This document shows, piece by piece, positions 9,592 to 20,441 of a stretch of 64,000 nucleotides of DNA. How positions within the stretch are numbered: position 1 is the first letter of the stretch; every line of letters begins with the position of its first letter. Under the pieces are notes generated by a model. That model was not told where the DNA came from. It did no database searches and saw only the letters and a program-made list of their open reading frames with translations. The position numbers and the translations under genes are program-made. The DNA lies in NCBI GenBank assembly GCA_963662465.1, contig OY759599.1, positions 1,312,001-1,376,000 of the forward strand, read 5' to 3'. The DNA comes from Desulfatiglandales bacterium. GTDB lineage: Bacteria; Desulfobacterota; DSM-4660; Desulfatiglandales; Desulfatiglandaceae.

Positions 9592-11346
9592 ATGGATAAG
9601 AAGAAAATGGTATTGGCTGAAAATTTTAAAGACGCGAGTCTGCTGAGTGCCTGCGAACAGTGTGGGTGCTGCAGTTCGGCATGTCCCGTTACCGGCATCA
9701 GGGACTTCAATGTCAGGCGGATCATCCGTCATGTGGAACTCGATTTAATCGATGAAATCGCAAATACCCCGTTTCCCTGGTATTGCACCACCTGTGGTCG
9801 TTGTGAAACCGTATGTCCCAACGGCATCGGCATTCTGGATATCATGCGGCCCCTGCGGGCTATGACGCCTCTGGAATTCGGTCCGCCGGCCGATGCGCCG
9901 CCCCCATGTGTTGGGGCCTGTCCGGCCGGCGCCGACGTGCCGGGATACTTGCGGCTCATTGCCGAGGGAAAACCCGAGGAAGCCTGCGCCCTGATATTGG
10001 AAAAGGTTCCCTTTCCCGGAATTCTGGGAAGGGTGTGCATGCATCCCTGTGAGCAGAAATGTCGGCGGGGGGAAGTCAATCAGCCGGTTTCAATCTGTGC
10101 TTTGAAGCGGTATGCCGCGGATAAGTCGGGCGATGTGTTTGAAAGAGCGACAAAGGTGAAACCCGATACGGGTCGCAGGGTGGCGGTGGTGGGTTCTGGA
10201 CCCGCCGGTTTGACGGCCGCGTTCTATCTTCGAAAACAGGGGCATGAGGTGACGGTTTTCGAGGGGAAGGCCAAACCCGGCGGTATGATGCGTTATGGCA
10301 TTCCCTTTTACAGATTGCCTGAGGACGTTGTTGACAAGGAGATCAACCAGGTTTTAAGCACGGGGATTCATCTTGAAATCGGTCAGCTTCTGGGCAGGGA
10401 TTTCAGCCTGGAAGACTTGAAAGAAAAGGGGTTTGACGTCGTTTTTGTGGCACTGGGCCTTCAGCAGAGTCGAAAAATAGAATTGGAAGGCGCGGATCTT
10501 CAGGGCGTTTTGTGGGGGGTTGATTTCCTTTCAGAGGTGAGTGAAGGCAAGGAGATTCCCATGAAAGACCGGGTGCTGGTGGTGGGGGGCGGGAATGTGG
10601 CTGTAGACGTGGCCCTGACCGCCATGCGCATGGGCGCCGGCGCCGTAACCATGGCGTGCCTGGAAAGTCGGAACGAGATGCCCGCCAACGAATGGGAAAT
10701 TGAAATGGCCCGGGAAGAAGGGGTGAAATTGATGCCCTCATGGGGCCCCGGAAAGATTATTGGCGAAAATGGCAGCGTATCCGGAATGGAGCTGGTGCAA
10801 TGCGCATCGGTTTTTGATGAGAGCGGCAATTTCTGTCCCGCCTTTGATGACGTGACGCAGTCCCTGGATGTGGATCAGGTGATCCTGGCCATTGGACAGG
10901 CAGCGGATCTCTCCTTTGTGGGAGCGCAAAACCCCCTGAAAGTAGACCGGGGACTTATTGTGGTGGATGAAGAGACCCTTGAGACCCAGATGGCGGGCGT
11001 CTATGCCGGAGGGGAAGTCGGCAAGGGACCGGGGGCGCTCATAGATGCCGTCGCATCCGGAAGAAAAGCCGCCATGTCCATTGATAAGGCCCTTGGGGGC
11101 GACGGTGTTATTGATGAGATTCTGGCGGAAAGGACCAATACCGGAGATTACGATGGAAAGCGGGAACGGGGTTTTGCGGACCAGGTGAGGGCAATGGTTC
11201 CCACGTTGCCGCTTGGCCTGCGACACGAGGATTTCTCCGAAGTGGACCTGTGCTTTGATGACGACCAGGCGGTTTTTGAGGCCAAAAGGTGTCTTCAGTG
11301 CGATTTGGAATGCGGCTTGGTGTCTGAAATTCGCAATAACCATTAA
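9592..11346 (+). CDS. HdrC-like 4Fe-4S domain fused to GltD/NfnB-like FAD/NAD(P) oxidoreductase
   Basis: N-terminal CEQCGCCSSACP and CTTCGRCETVCP; then PPCVGACP, GRVCMHPCEQKC, GSGPAG, GGGNVA and EAKRCLQC. Confidence 0.85.
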   Translation: MDKKKMVLAENFKDASLLSACEQCGCCSSACPVTGIRDFNVRRIIRHVELDLIDEIANTPFPWYCTTCGRCETVCPNGIGILDIMRPLRAMTPLEFGPPADAPPPCVGACPAGADVPGYLRLIAEGKPEEACALILEKVPFPGILGRVCMHPCEQKCRRGEVNQPVSICALKRYAADKSGDVFERATKVKPDTGRRVAVVGSGPAGLTAAFYLRKQGHEVTVFEGKAKPGGMMRYGIPFYRLPEDVVDKEINQVLSTGIHLEIGQLLGRDFSLEDLKEKGFDVVFVALGLQQSRKIELEGADLQGVLWGVDFLSEVSEGKEIPMKDRVLVVGGGNVAVDVALTAMRMGAGAVTMACLESRNEMPANEWEIEMAREEGVKLMPSWGPGKIIGENGSVSGMELVQCASVFDESGNFCPAFDDVTQSLDVDQVILAIGQAADLSFVGAQNPLKVDRGLIVVDEETLETQMAGVYAGGEVGKGPGALIDAVASGRKAAMSIDKALGGDGVIDEILAERTNTGDYDGKRERGFADQVRAMVPTLPLGLRHEDFSEVDLCFDDDQAVFEAKRCLQCDLECGLVSEIRNNH

Positions 11347-11647
11347 CCTTTTTTAATTTCGATCCAAACCATTCAGGCGCCGGAGTAAAAAACAATCGTT
11401 TTTTTATTCCGGTTCATGAATTGGTGCTTTCCGTATTTTTTTCAAGGCTTTTCTCCGACCTGTTTTAACCCTGAAATCCCTGTTTTTTAGACTGTTTCCA
11501 GCCATAAGGCGCCAATGGTGAATAGTTCAATTGAAATTGTTCCCAATAGGTGCTAGATTCCGCATTTTATGTGATGGTCACGGGTTGGCCGTCAAATCCT
11601 GGATGATAAGATGTAACCATTAGAACGTGATGAGAAAGGAGAACCAC

Positions 11648-13669
11648 ATGAGTAAGGAAGTTGGACTTTATACCAAATATAATCCGCTGTTGATTAAGCC
11701 TGCATTCTCCCTTCCAAAGGAAGTGGCGGTGATTGGGGCCGGCACCATTGGACCCGACATCGGATATTATTTGAAAACCGCTTTGCCGGGAATTAAACTC
11801 TACCTGGTAGACGTGGCGGAGGAACCGCTGAAGGGCGCTGAAAAACGGCTGAACGGTTATATGCAAAAAGCCGTGGATAAAAAGAAGATGAAAGCGGAGA
11901 AGGCGAAAGCCGTTGGCGAAAACATTATTTATACCACGGACTACCATCAGATCAAGAACTGCGATCTAGTGATTGAAGCGGCCACGGAAAATATTTCCCT
12001 TAAACAGAAAATTTTTAAAACGGTGGAGAGCCTGGTGGGGGAGAATACCATTATTACCTCCAACACCAGTTCCATTCCCGCGGATCGCATTTTCAACGAG
12101 ATGAAAAAGCCTGATCGGGCCACCGTCACCCATTTTTTTGCACCGGCCTGGAGAAGTCTGCCCGTGGAGGTCATTCGGTGGGAGAAAGCCAGTGCTGAAG
12201 TGGTGGATTACCTGTTCTGGTTTTTTTGTCAAACCGGAAAAGCACCGATGATTACGGACAATGCCATCTGTTTCATGCTGGACCGGATCTTTGACAACTG
12301 GTGCAACGAGGCAGCCTATCTGTTGCAGGACGCCGGCGCCGGCCAGATTGATAAGGTGGCGGAAGAATTCGTCTTTGCCGGGCCGTTTTTTGTGCTGAAC
12401 ATGGCCAACGGCAATCCCATCATCGTTGAAACCAACACCCTTCAGATGGAAGAGGGCGACCATTACCTGCCTGCTCGAATCCTAGGGTCCGTCAACCGGT
12501 GGTTGACCCATCGGCCCGGCAGCCCGGTAGAGGTTCCGGAAGAAACGGCCAAGGCCATCAGGGACCGATTGCTGGGGATTTTCTTTTCCCAGTCCTTTGA
12601 TGTGATCGATCGCGGCATCGGCGCCAAGGAAGATCTCAACTTCGGATGCCAGATTGCCCTGGGGTTCAGGAAAGGTCCCCTGGATGTCATGCGGGATTTG
12701 GGAGAGGCCGAAGTCAACCGCATCATGAAACGGTTTGAGGCGGAGAGGCCCGGATTTCCCCAGCCCAAAGCCTCTTTTTCAGCGTATCAGGATTTTAACC
12801 GGTTCGTGCTGGTGGATGACCTGGATGGGGCTAAAATTATTACCATTCGCAGGCCCCAGGCCATGAATGCGCTCACCTATGAAATTACCGATGAAATTCT
12901 TGATGTGGTGAAAAAATTTCATGAGGATCCCGCGGTAAAGGGATTCGTCATCACCGGTTACGGCAATAGCGCTTTTTCCGCTGGGGCCGATATCGGTCGG
13001 TTCCCCGAGGTGCTTGGGGATCTTGAGGGAGCGGCTGATTATTGCCGCGAGTATGCCAAGCTTCAGTTGTTTATGGACCGAATGGAAAAGCCGGTGGTGG
13101 CTGCCATTAACGGCATGGCCCTGGGGGGCGGACTGGAAGTGGCGCTCAGGTGCCACGGCATGGTGGCTTCAAAAAATGCCTTTTTCCAGTTTCCCGAGAT
13201 ATCTCTTGGGATTTCTCCGGGGATTGGCGGTTGCGTGGTGCCCTACCGGAAATGGCCCTCGGGCGCGGCCCTTTTTAATGAAATGCTGTGTTTTGGAAGA
13301 CCCATCAAGGTCGAGGAAGCCAGGGAGTTGGGAATGGTATCCGAGATTGTGGATGAACATGCGGATCTGATTCCCGCGGCCCTGGCCTTGGTGGACAAGC
13401 TTCAGGGGAATCTTCCAAGGGGAGCGGATGGATGTGTGGATATTCCGTCCATTGATATCCCGGATCAACCCATGTTTGGAAAACAGCCCTTGAGCCGGGA
13501 AGCGGTCGGCATCATTGCCAGAACGGTCAAGAACGGGGCGGCCGCCAAAACTTTTGCGGATTCTCTGGAGATTTGTTATCAGGGGTTTGGCGAAATCGCC
13601 TGCTCCGATGCCGCAAAGGAAGGCATCTCGGCGTTTCTGGAAAAAAGGCGGCCTGAATTTAAAAAATAA
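11648..13669 (+). CDS. 3-hydroxyacyl-CoA dehydrogenase / enoyl-CoA hydratase fusion
   Basis: GAGTIG, EAATE, SNTSS and HFF in the N-terminal half; FSAGADI, GGGLE and FPEISLG crotonase motifs in the C-terminal half; RBS AAGGAG. Confidence 0.9.
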   Translation: MSKEVGLYTKYNPLLIKPAFSLPKEVAVIGAGTIGPDIGYYLKTALPGIKLYLVDVAEEPLKGAEKRLNGYMQKAVDKKKMKAEKAKAVGENIIYTTDYHQIKNCDLVIEAATENISLKQKIFKTVESLVGENTIITSNTSSIPADRIFNEMKKPDRATVTHFFAPAWRSLPVEVIRWEKASAEVVDYLFWFFCQTGKAPMITDNAICFMLDRIFDNWCNEAAYLLQDAGAGQIDKVAEEFVFAGPFFVLNMANGNPIIVETNTLQMEEGDHYLPARILGSVNRWLTHRPGSPVEVPEETAKAIRDRLLGIFFSQSFDVIDRGIGAKEDLNFGCQIALGFRKGPLDVMRDLGEAEVNRIMKRFEAERPGFPQPKASFSAYQDFNRFVLVDDLDGAKIITIRRPQAMNALTYEITDEILDVVKKFHEDPAVKGFVITGYGNSAFSAGADIGRFPEVLGDLEGAADYCREYAKLQLFMDRMEKPVVAAINGMALGGGLEVALRCHGMVASKNAFFQFPEISLGISPGIGGCVVPYRKWPSGAALFNEMLCFGRPIKVEEARELGMVSEIVDEHADLIPAALALVDKLQGNLPRGADGCVDIPSIDIPDQPMFGKQPLSREAVGIIARTVKNGAAAKTFADSLEICYQGFGEIACSDAAKEGISAFLEKRRPEFKK

Positions 13670-13688
13670 AAAGTATTAGCTTAACAAC

Positions 13689-13724
13689 TGGGTGTTACGC
13701 GAAAAGCGTAGCGCCCATTTTTTT
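13689..13724 (+). terminator. Rho-independent terminator
   Basis: TGGGTGTTACGC-GAAAA-GCGTAGCGCCCA stem (with G-U pairs) followed by T7, 20 nt after the stop codon. Confidence 0.8.
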
Positions 13725-13794
13725 GGCGGACCGGTTGAAGAGAAGTAAATTACCAACCGTTCGGTGGATATTTTTAACGTTCTGAATGGGAACA

Positions 13795-14172
13795 TCAATA
13801 ACCATAGCCTCCAGTTTTGATGTCAATGAGTTTTCCATTTCTAAAAGTAAGATAGCGGACAAATTGCGTAGAACCTAAATTGTAAGTCCAGATTTCAATT
13901 TGATTTTCGCTGATAACATAATTGTACCCCTCATGATTTTCAGGATATCTACTGCTGAAGTTTGTCCCAACCTTTTCCGCTCTTTCATCAATATTGCTTG
14001 GCTGCCCACATTTATGCAAAACAAAATCCCGTGATTGTCCAAGATCAATAATCCTTCCACCACATCGGAAAGACGCACCGCCATCGGCAGAAAAGGGCTC
14101 AACGAACATCACCGAAAACATGATTAAAAAAATAATGAAGAAATTCATATTATTCAAAGCCTCATTTTTCAA
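13795..14172 (-). CDS. DUF2845-like exported protein
   Basis: Signal peptide; FRCGGRIIDLG..VLHKCGQP and WTYNLGSTQFVRYLTF pattern. Confidence 0.7.
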   Translation of the reverse strand: MKNEALNNMNFFIIFLIMFSVMFVEPFSADGGASFRCGGRIIDLGQSRDFVLHKCGQPSNIDERAEKVGTNFSSRYPENHEGYNYVISENQIEIWTYNLGSTQFVRYLTFRNGKLIDIKTGGYGY

Positions 14173-14351
14173 CTCAGCGATACGCTGTTATTTCCAATGG
14201 ATAAATATTCGGAACTCTCCATCACCGACAAAAGACTCACCATCAACGGCGCTAACCAAGCCGGGAGCGGGACGCCGCTGACGAAGAAGGTGCTAACTCC
14301 GGGCGAAAGTGGGTGGCGTGTGTTCAACATCAACGCAGCCGGTAAGACGAT

Positions 14352-16118
14352 TTACGGTCCGCCATCTAAAGAAGGGTTGTTGATATCCGAATCGCCCCTG
14401 TTGTTCCCAGGCGGGCCGGATGGACCGGAAAAAATGCTGTCTTTCCAAACAGTCAAGGCCCGTTTTACATTTTCAAACACCTGTCCGGCCGGCGCCGGTT
14501 TGGTGTTGGGTGCGGTAGCTGTTTCAGATTGCTGTTTTGGACCCGGAGAGAATGTTTTTGTCGTTTTTTGAGGGGCCAATTCAATGTTCACATGTTTTTC
14601 TTCACCTTTTGACAGCTTAATCCATTGACCTTGGGTTACATATCCTTGAGCGGATATATTCAAGTGATAACTACCTGGTGAAAGGGGCATGCCTTGACTG
14701 TATTTGGGACGAATATTCATAATTTTCACTTGAGCATTTGAGGGATATACGTCCACATAAAGTCTTCCATGCTGAGCATCGATTTTGAGGTTCTCCGAAT
14801 CAATGTCCGCATGAATTACAAGCAGTTTCCCACTGACCATATTTATCATTTCAGTCCACTTATAATGTCCCTTTGCCTTGATGGTGATGCGGTGTGTCCC
14901 CGGTGGCACATTCTTCATTTCATCAGGTGTCCTTCCTGCATAAATTCCGTCCAGATACCAGGAAGCCTGGGGGATATTGCTTTGGATCTGGAGGATCCCG
15001 CCGGAAGATTTTTTCTCAAGAACAGCATCCATTATCATGGGATGGTCCTCCCGAAGCAGAACCTGCTCTTTCCAGATTCCATACCCGTCCTTTTTGGCCT
15101 CAACCATCACGCGACCCGGTGTAAGGCCGGCTACTTCCACCGGGGAAGTTCCCTCTAAGCGGCCGTCGATCCAGACTTTGGCCCCCGGTGGAGAAGATTT
15201 CACTTGCAGAGTACAGCTTCCAGATGTTGATTTGATGTTAAAGATATAGTCCCCCCTGGATAATTTATAATCTTTTATTTTGCCATATTGGGGCGTTTGG
15301 CTGGTGTGTTGAGGTACTTTCTCCTGAAGGTAGATCCCCAGTTCCGTTCCGCTGACGTAATTATCACCGTTCAAGTCGGCCCAGCCGTATTTTAAGGCAT
15401 CAATAAACGCCGGAGTAAAAACGCTACTGGCGGGAACCGGGTCCCCGGCGTCCCCCGCCGTAATATATTGTCGAACGGGAAGCGAAGTTGAACGGGTAAT
15501 ATGAGGCGGCCTTTTGGGCAGCGACTTGACTTTGAATACCGTTCCGGAGAAACAACTGTCAAAAAGGAACAGGGCGTGTTTGGCCTCCATTTGGCGTGAC
15601 CATGAAAGAATCTGTGTCATGGGAAGGGCCTTGCGCAAAAAACTGCGTTCATCACGTCTAGGATCAGGAGCGTCGACGGGGACCAGGTAGCCTTTCTCTC
15701 CCCCCTTACGAGTGTGGCCGTGTCCTGAGAAAAAAAAGAGCAGACGATTGTTGGGATCAAATCCGTATTGGTCAATGAATTCTTCAAAGGCTACATTGAG
15801 TGCTTTGCTGTCCGGGTTCATGATTTTGACGACATGAAAACCCTGTTTCTTAAGTATGTTTTCAACCTGATCCAGCTCACTTGAAATGCTCTTCAAATCC
15901 GGCCAACCTGCCGTGTAATTGCTGACGCCGATGAGAAGGGCGTAGCTACCTTCGTACATCGGAAGTTCTTTTTCTGAAATGTCTTTTACACAAACCTTGA
16001 TGCCCCGGTCTGGACCTGCGAACGCTTTCTCAAAAGGGGTGAGCATCAGGATACAAAAAGTGCAAAGGGCTGCCATGAGAATCATAATTTTTAAAGCTTT
16101 TTTAGATAATTTTCCCAT
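14352..16118 (-). CDS. Exported caspase-like peptidase (C14) with PEGA repeats
   Basis: N-terminal hydrophobic segment; YALLIG, FSGHG (His) and FDSCFSG (Cys) dyad; about three PEGA repeats (SSPPGAKVWIDG...GTSP). Confidence 0.85.
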   Translation of the reverse strand: MGKLSKKALKIMILMAALCTFCILMLTPFEKAFAGPDRGIKVCVKDISEKELPMYEGSYALLIGVSNYTAGWPDLKSISSELDQVENILKKQGFHVVKIMNPDSKALNVAFEEFIDQYGFDPNNRLLFFFSGHGHTRKGGEKGYLVPVDAPDPRRDERSFLRKALPMTQILSWSRQMEAKHALFLFDSCFSGTVFKVKSLPKRPPHITRSTSLPVRQYITAGDAGDPVPASSVFTPAFIDALKYGWADLNGDNYVSGTELGIYLQEKVPQHTSQTPQYGKIKDYKLSRGDYIFNIKSTSGSCTLQVKSSPPGAKVWIDGRLEGTSPVEVAGLTPGRVMVEAKKDGYGIWKEQVLLREDHPMIMDAVLEKKSSGGILQIQSNIPQASWYLDGIYAGRTPDEMKNVPPGTHRITIKAKGHYKWTEMINMVSGKLLVIHADIDSENLKIDAQHGRLYVDVYPSNAQVKIMNIRPKYSQGMPLSPGSYHLNISAQGYVTQGQWIKLSKGEEKHVNIELAPQKTTKTFSPGPKQQSETATAPNTKPAPAGQVFENVKRALTVWKDSIFSGPSGPPGNNRGDSDINNPSLDGGP

Positions 16119-16789
16119 AACGCCTCCTTAAAAATTGGGCTTTATTCGATTTTTTATCATTAAAGAATTTTTTCACCTATCATATCTAACTAAAATACAG
16201 TAACAGTTTTTATGGATCAATGCAAGCTTGGGTAGTGAGTGACAGAAAAACTTTTCGATGGTAACAAAAGCCTAAAACTCACAGAGGCCAAAATGCCATT
16301 TTTATGCGAACCCATCGTTTAGACGCAGTTTGCGAGTCTGAAGGATGTGGACCACTGGCTGTCAAACAGTGAGGACCGTGTTGAAAATGATTGACTAAGG
16401 GAACTTCCAGTTCCCTAAGACGTCGTTGGTGTACAAACCATCACAAGAAGAAAACCATGGGTGTAGTTTAAATGGTGAGATCCGTTTGGCCAACCCGGAA
16501 TTTGAACAAGGTGGAACCGGTTGTTCCGTTCTTTGCCCGGGAAAGAAGCCAAAGTTCTTCTTTCTGATATTTTCCCACCACATTAGCAAGGGGTTTCCAG
16601 AAGGCTTTGGGTTTGTTTTTCCTGGCGCCTGTCTGAATTTTTCGGGTTTTCCACGGTGGGTGTGTGAAAAATATATTTTTGGCATATCTATTGCTAGTCG
16701 TCGCAACTTGATGAATGCGAACCTTTTTCGACACTTCTTTTTTCAGGCGCACGAAAGCCGTCGCCTGATTTGCAGAAAGGCATATTGAA

Positions 16790-17731
16790 ATGAACGTTAG
16801 ATTCTCCGCAGGGAAAAGTATGTCAACAGCGATTCCACTTTCATTTAAAAAAAATCTCTTTTCGGATCGCACAGAACCGTTATGGGTTTGTATTAAAAAG
16901 ATTGCCGTTAATTTGCTGCTCATTTGCAGCGGAAGTATTCTGTGTGCCGTTTCCATCAATGGTATTCTGGTGCCCCAGGGATTTTACGGGGCCGGACTTA
17001 CGGGCGTTGCCATTATTGTCCATTACCTCATTCCCACAGTCCCCGTTGCGTTGGCTTATTTGATTCTCAACGTACCCGTTTTTTTGATGGGCTGGAAATT
17101 TGTTGGAAAAAGGTTTTTTTTGTACAGCATTGTCGGCACGGGGGTCTTTACAATGGCCGTGGAATGGGTGCGTTACCCGGTCCCGATTCAGGACCCCGTG
17201 CTATGTGCGGTCTTTGCGGGTATACTCATGGGCGCGGGTGCGGGGATCATTCTCAAATCCTATGGATCCGCGGGGGGCCTGGATATCCTTTCCGTTATTT
17301 TGATGAAACGCTTTTCCGTTCGTCTGGGGTCGACGGTTCTGGCATTTAATGTGGCCATTCTAGCGGCAGGCGCTATTTTATTCACTCTGGAAATGGCCCT
17401 TTACACCCTGATCTATCTGTATGTAAATGCTCATGTGGTGAATCTGATGGTGAGCGGTTTGAGTCAGCGCAAAGCGGTCCACGTCATCACGCCAAAATGG
17501 CGCCAAATTTCACAGCATATCATGGGTGATTTGCACCGGGGCGTCACAATTCTTGAAGGCCGGGGCGCATATTCCGGAAAAGCCGAAAAGATTCTGTACA
17601 CGGTGATTACATTCCGGGAACTGGCGGCCTTGAAACGAATGATCGGGACCTATGATCCCAACGCTTTTGTTGTGGTGAGCGATACACTTGAAGTGATGGG
17701 TCAGCGGATTGGAAACCAGCCGCACTGGTAG
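16790..17731 (+). CDS. YitT/DUF2179 family membrane protein
   Basis: GLTGVAI, LNVPVF, GSAGGLDI, HRGVT..GRGAYSG and DPNAFV motifs; start uncertain. Confidence 0.85.
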   Translation: MNVRFSAGKSMSTAIPLSFKKNLFSDRTEPLWVCIKKIAVNLLLICSGSILCAVSINGILVPQGFYGAGLTGVAIIVHYLIPTVPVALAYLILNVPVFLMGWKFVGKRFFLYSIVGTGVFTMAVEWVRYPVPIQDPVLCAVFAGILMGAGAGIILKSYGSAGGLDILSVILMKRFSVRLGSTVLAFNVAILAAGAILFTLEMALYTLIYLYVNAHVVNLMVSGLSQRKAVHVITPKWRQISQHIMGDLHRGVTILEGRGAYSGKAEKILYTVITFRELAALKRMIGTYDPNAFVVVSDTLEVMGQRIGNQPHW

Positions 17732-17836
17732 GAACGTTGACAGGGTCGCGGAAAGTCTTGATTCGCATCTGTGCGACGTCTAGTGATTATCCACGTATCC
17801 GACGTTGACATGAAATCAGAGGCATGTCATGGCTTT

Positions 17837-17918
17837 CAAGCAGATTAAGTGAGAATCCTCACATTATTTGCGCGTAAAGAGCGTTATGGCCCACAAAAAT
17901 TGCTTGTTATAAATGCTC
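17837..17918. repeat. 82-bp dispersed repeat, second copy at 25070-25151
   Basis: CAAGCAGATTAAGTGAGAAT...AAATGCTC nearly identical at both sites. Confidence 0.8.
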
Positions 17919-17959
17919 CGAAAAGCGTCCATTCTATACAGTTTTTTGCGGAAAAGACT

Positions 17960-18680
17960 TCCTGACAGAGCGGAAATCATGTACAGGCTGACGGGGATCA
18001 TCATGGAAGCGGCGCCCATCGGCGTGTTTGCGTTGATGGCCGCTGTGGTGGGTCAGTACGGCCTGAAATTTCTGCTGCCACTGAATCAAGGTGGCGCTGG
18101 CCATGTATTTCATCTGTCTTATCCATATTGTCGTTGTTTTTGGCGGTGCCCTGGTTCTGGTGGCAAGACTCAATCCCATGCGGTTTTTAAAAGGGTTTTT
18201 GGATGCCGTTGTGCTGGCTTATTCCACGTCGAGCAGTTCAGCGGCCCTGCCGGTATCCATGCGCTGCTGTCAGGAAAATCTCGGAGTTCCCGAAGACGCG
18301 GTCAGCCTGGTGCTTCCGCTGGGAGCAACCATCAATATGAACGGAACCGCCATTTACCAGGGAATCTGGCTGTATTTCTGGCCCAGGCCTATGGCATTGA
18401 ACTCTCCTTTGCCAATTACGCGACCATGATCATGACTGCCATTCCGGCTTCCATTGGTACGGCGGGTATTTCCGGAGCGGGACTGATTATGCTTTCAATG
18501 GTCCTACCCTCGGTGGGCATCCCTTTGGAAGGTATCGCCCTGGTGGCGGGAATTGACCGTATGCTGGACATGGTTCGCAGTACGGTAAATGTGATGGGCG
18601 ACGCGTTGGCCGCAGTACTGGTTTCGGCCAGTGAAAATGAACTTGATCTGGATTGTTATAATCGGAACATCAAAGAATAG
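17960..18680 (+). pseudogene. Dicarboxylate/amino acid:cation symporter (DAACS), 5'-truncated and frameshifted
   Basis: APIGVFAL, STSSSSAALP, GATINMNGTA and DRMLDMVRSTVNVMGD are split over two frames. Confidence 0.85.
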
Positions 18681-18804
18681 GGTGGTGATCATATGAAAAA
18701 AAATGTCTTGATGACCTCTTCCCTGGGACTGACCGTTATACTCATTGATTTTTTTCGCCATAAATGGTAAGAATTATAAAAGTAAGAAAACGTCAGGAGG
18801 TGTT

Positions 18805-19350
18805 CAACATATTAGAATTACGACTAAAGGTCAAGTAACGATCCCAGTGGCCTTTAGAGAAAGACTGGGCTTTTTCCCTAACACGGAAGTTGAATTTGAT
18901 CCAGGACATCCAGGATCTCCTTGGCGGAGGCCAGATGGCGTTTATTCCCAAAGACGTCCTCGGCCGGTTTCGCTATGTGTCCGGCTTTTCCGTCAACACG
19001 CAACTGTTTTTGAGATTCATACTCCGGGTCGAAAGCGGCCGCGTGACCGGACCTGGAGGAGAGGGCGAAGATGTAACGGAGATCGGCATCCAATTCAAGA
19101 ACAGCCTGGTGGGGGATGCCGCGGTCAGCATCCAGTATTTTGTCAACCGCCTCCTTTGCGCCAATGGCCTCATTGTGCCGGCCGGTGCATCCAATACCCG
19201 CATATTTCATTCCGGCAAACGCAAAAGTTTCATGCAAAGACTGGAGAGATCGTTTCGCGAAGTGGAACGAAAGATCGGTTCCACCGCAACGGCCGTCAAA
19301 TCTCTCATGGCCATCACTTTTGATCCCGAAGCCCTGGCGGATCAGATTGT
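18805..19350 (+). pseudogene. Chimeric remnant: AbrB/MazE antitoxin fragment joined to a DUF932-like fragment
   Basis: ITTKGQVTIP..RERLG..TEVEF (AbrB fold), then in another frame FKNS..G...RLLCANGLI. Confidence 0.5.
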
Positions 19351-19716
19351 CAAAAACAGACGAAAATTTGGTTCTGCCGGAAATATGAACAGTTCATATT
19401 CAGGAATTTTTTGAGTCCCTGGCTGCCATTGTGCCGGCCTATTCCACTTCGAGCAGTTCATTTGAGGCGCCTGGTTGAATCCCTCCCGGCACAAACTCAA
19501 TGCCGTTGTCCATGATTTGCATCTGGAATTCTGGAACGCTGCCCCGCCCCTAATCGAACAGCAATTCTCATTTTGGACCTTGCGATGGGAAAACTCTCCA
19601 CTTTTGACATTAAAACGGACCAATTATGACACTTTTGGGTCAAAAATGCCCGAAAAAATGACATGTCTTCCCAAAATATGGCCATAATGAGAATTGCTGC
19701 TAATCGAACCTGCCCC

Positions 19717-19755
19717 TTGACTTTTGGCCTCTAAGTCTGTATGATGTTGTCATAC
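19717..19755 (+). promoter_or_regulatory. sigma70 promoter with operator palindrome of the RHH-PIN TA operon
   Basis: TTGACT-17-TATGAT; inverted repeat GTATGA-N5-TCATAC over the -10 box. Confidence 0.65.
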
Positions 19756-19773
19756 TATTCAGGGGGTATCTCC

Positions 19774-20025
19774 ATGAAAACTAAAAATACGCGTGCGGCC
19801 GTGACAATTTCCATGCCGCGGGACATGGCCGAGGAATATGACAGGCTGGCAAAAAGGCTGGCAAAGAACAGGAGCGTGCTTTTCAGAGAAATGTTTCTCG
19901 CTTTCAAGAAACAGCAGCTCAAGGAGGAGTTTCGAGAACTTCAAACATACGGCGCCGGGCTTGCTCAACAGAAAGGGGTCTTTACGGAATCTGATGTTGA
20001 AAGACTCGTTTTCGAAGGACGCTGA
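19774..20025 (+). CDS. Ribbon-helix-helix antitoxin
   Basis: VTISMP..NRSVLFRE RHH pattern, directly upstream of a PIN toxin. Confidence 0.8.
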   Translation: MKTKNTRAAVTISMPRDMAEEYDRLAKRLAKNRSVLFREMFLAFKKQQLKEEFRELQTYGAGLAQQKGVFTESDVERLVFEGR

Positions 20026-20027
20026 AG

Positions 20028-20441
20028 GTGAAGGTCGTTTTTGACACCAACATCTATATTTCCGCCTTTGTCATACCTGGCGGGAATGCTGAAAAAGTGT
20101 ACCTACATGCCGTGGATGGCAATTTCGCGCTTTGTACCTCCATTGCCATCTTGACGGAATTGGCGTGCAAACTGGACGAAAAGTTCGGATGGGAAAAGGA
20201 GAAGATCGAGCAGTTGATTACGTCCATCAGCAATCTTGCAAACACTTTCAAAACCTCTCCTCGTTTGAAGGTATTATCGGATGACCCGGACAATCGCATT
20301 TTGGAATGCGCGTTGGATGCCACCGCTGAATTCATCGTAACGGGGGACAAGCATCTGCTCAATTTGACGAGGTATCAAGATATCGAAATCATCAAGCTGT
20401 CAACCTTTCTCTCAATGCTCCATCAGGCATCTGCCGAATAA
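20028..20441 (+). CDS. PIN-domain toxin (VapC-like)
   Basis: VFDTNIYISA, DPDNRILECA and IVTGDKHLL. Confidence 0.9.
   Translation: MKVVFDTNIYISAFVIPGGNAEKVYLHAVDGNFALCTSIAILTELACKLDEKFGWEKEKIEQLITSISNLANTFKTSPRLKVLSDDPDNRILECALDATAEFIVTGDKHLLNLTRYQDIEIIKLSTFLSMLHQASAE

Noticed and set aside
17887..17906. sigma54 promoter TGGCCC...TTGCT in the 82-bp repeat
   Set aside because: GG to GC spacing is 12 nt, not the required 10.
17960..18680. Programmed frameshifting in the DAACS gene
   Set aside because: Two shifts plus a missing N-terminus indicate decay or sequence error.
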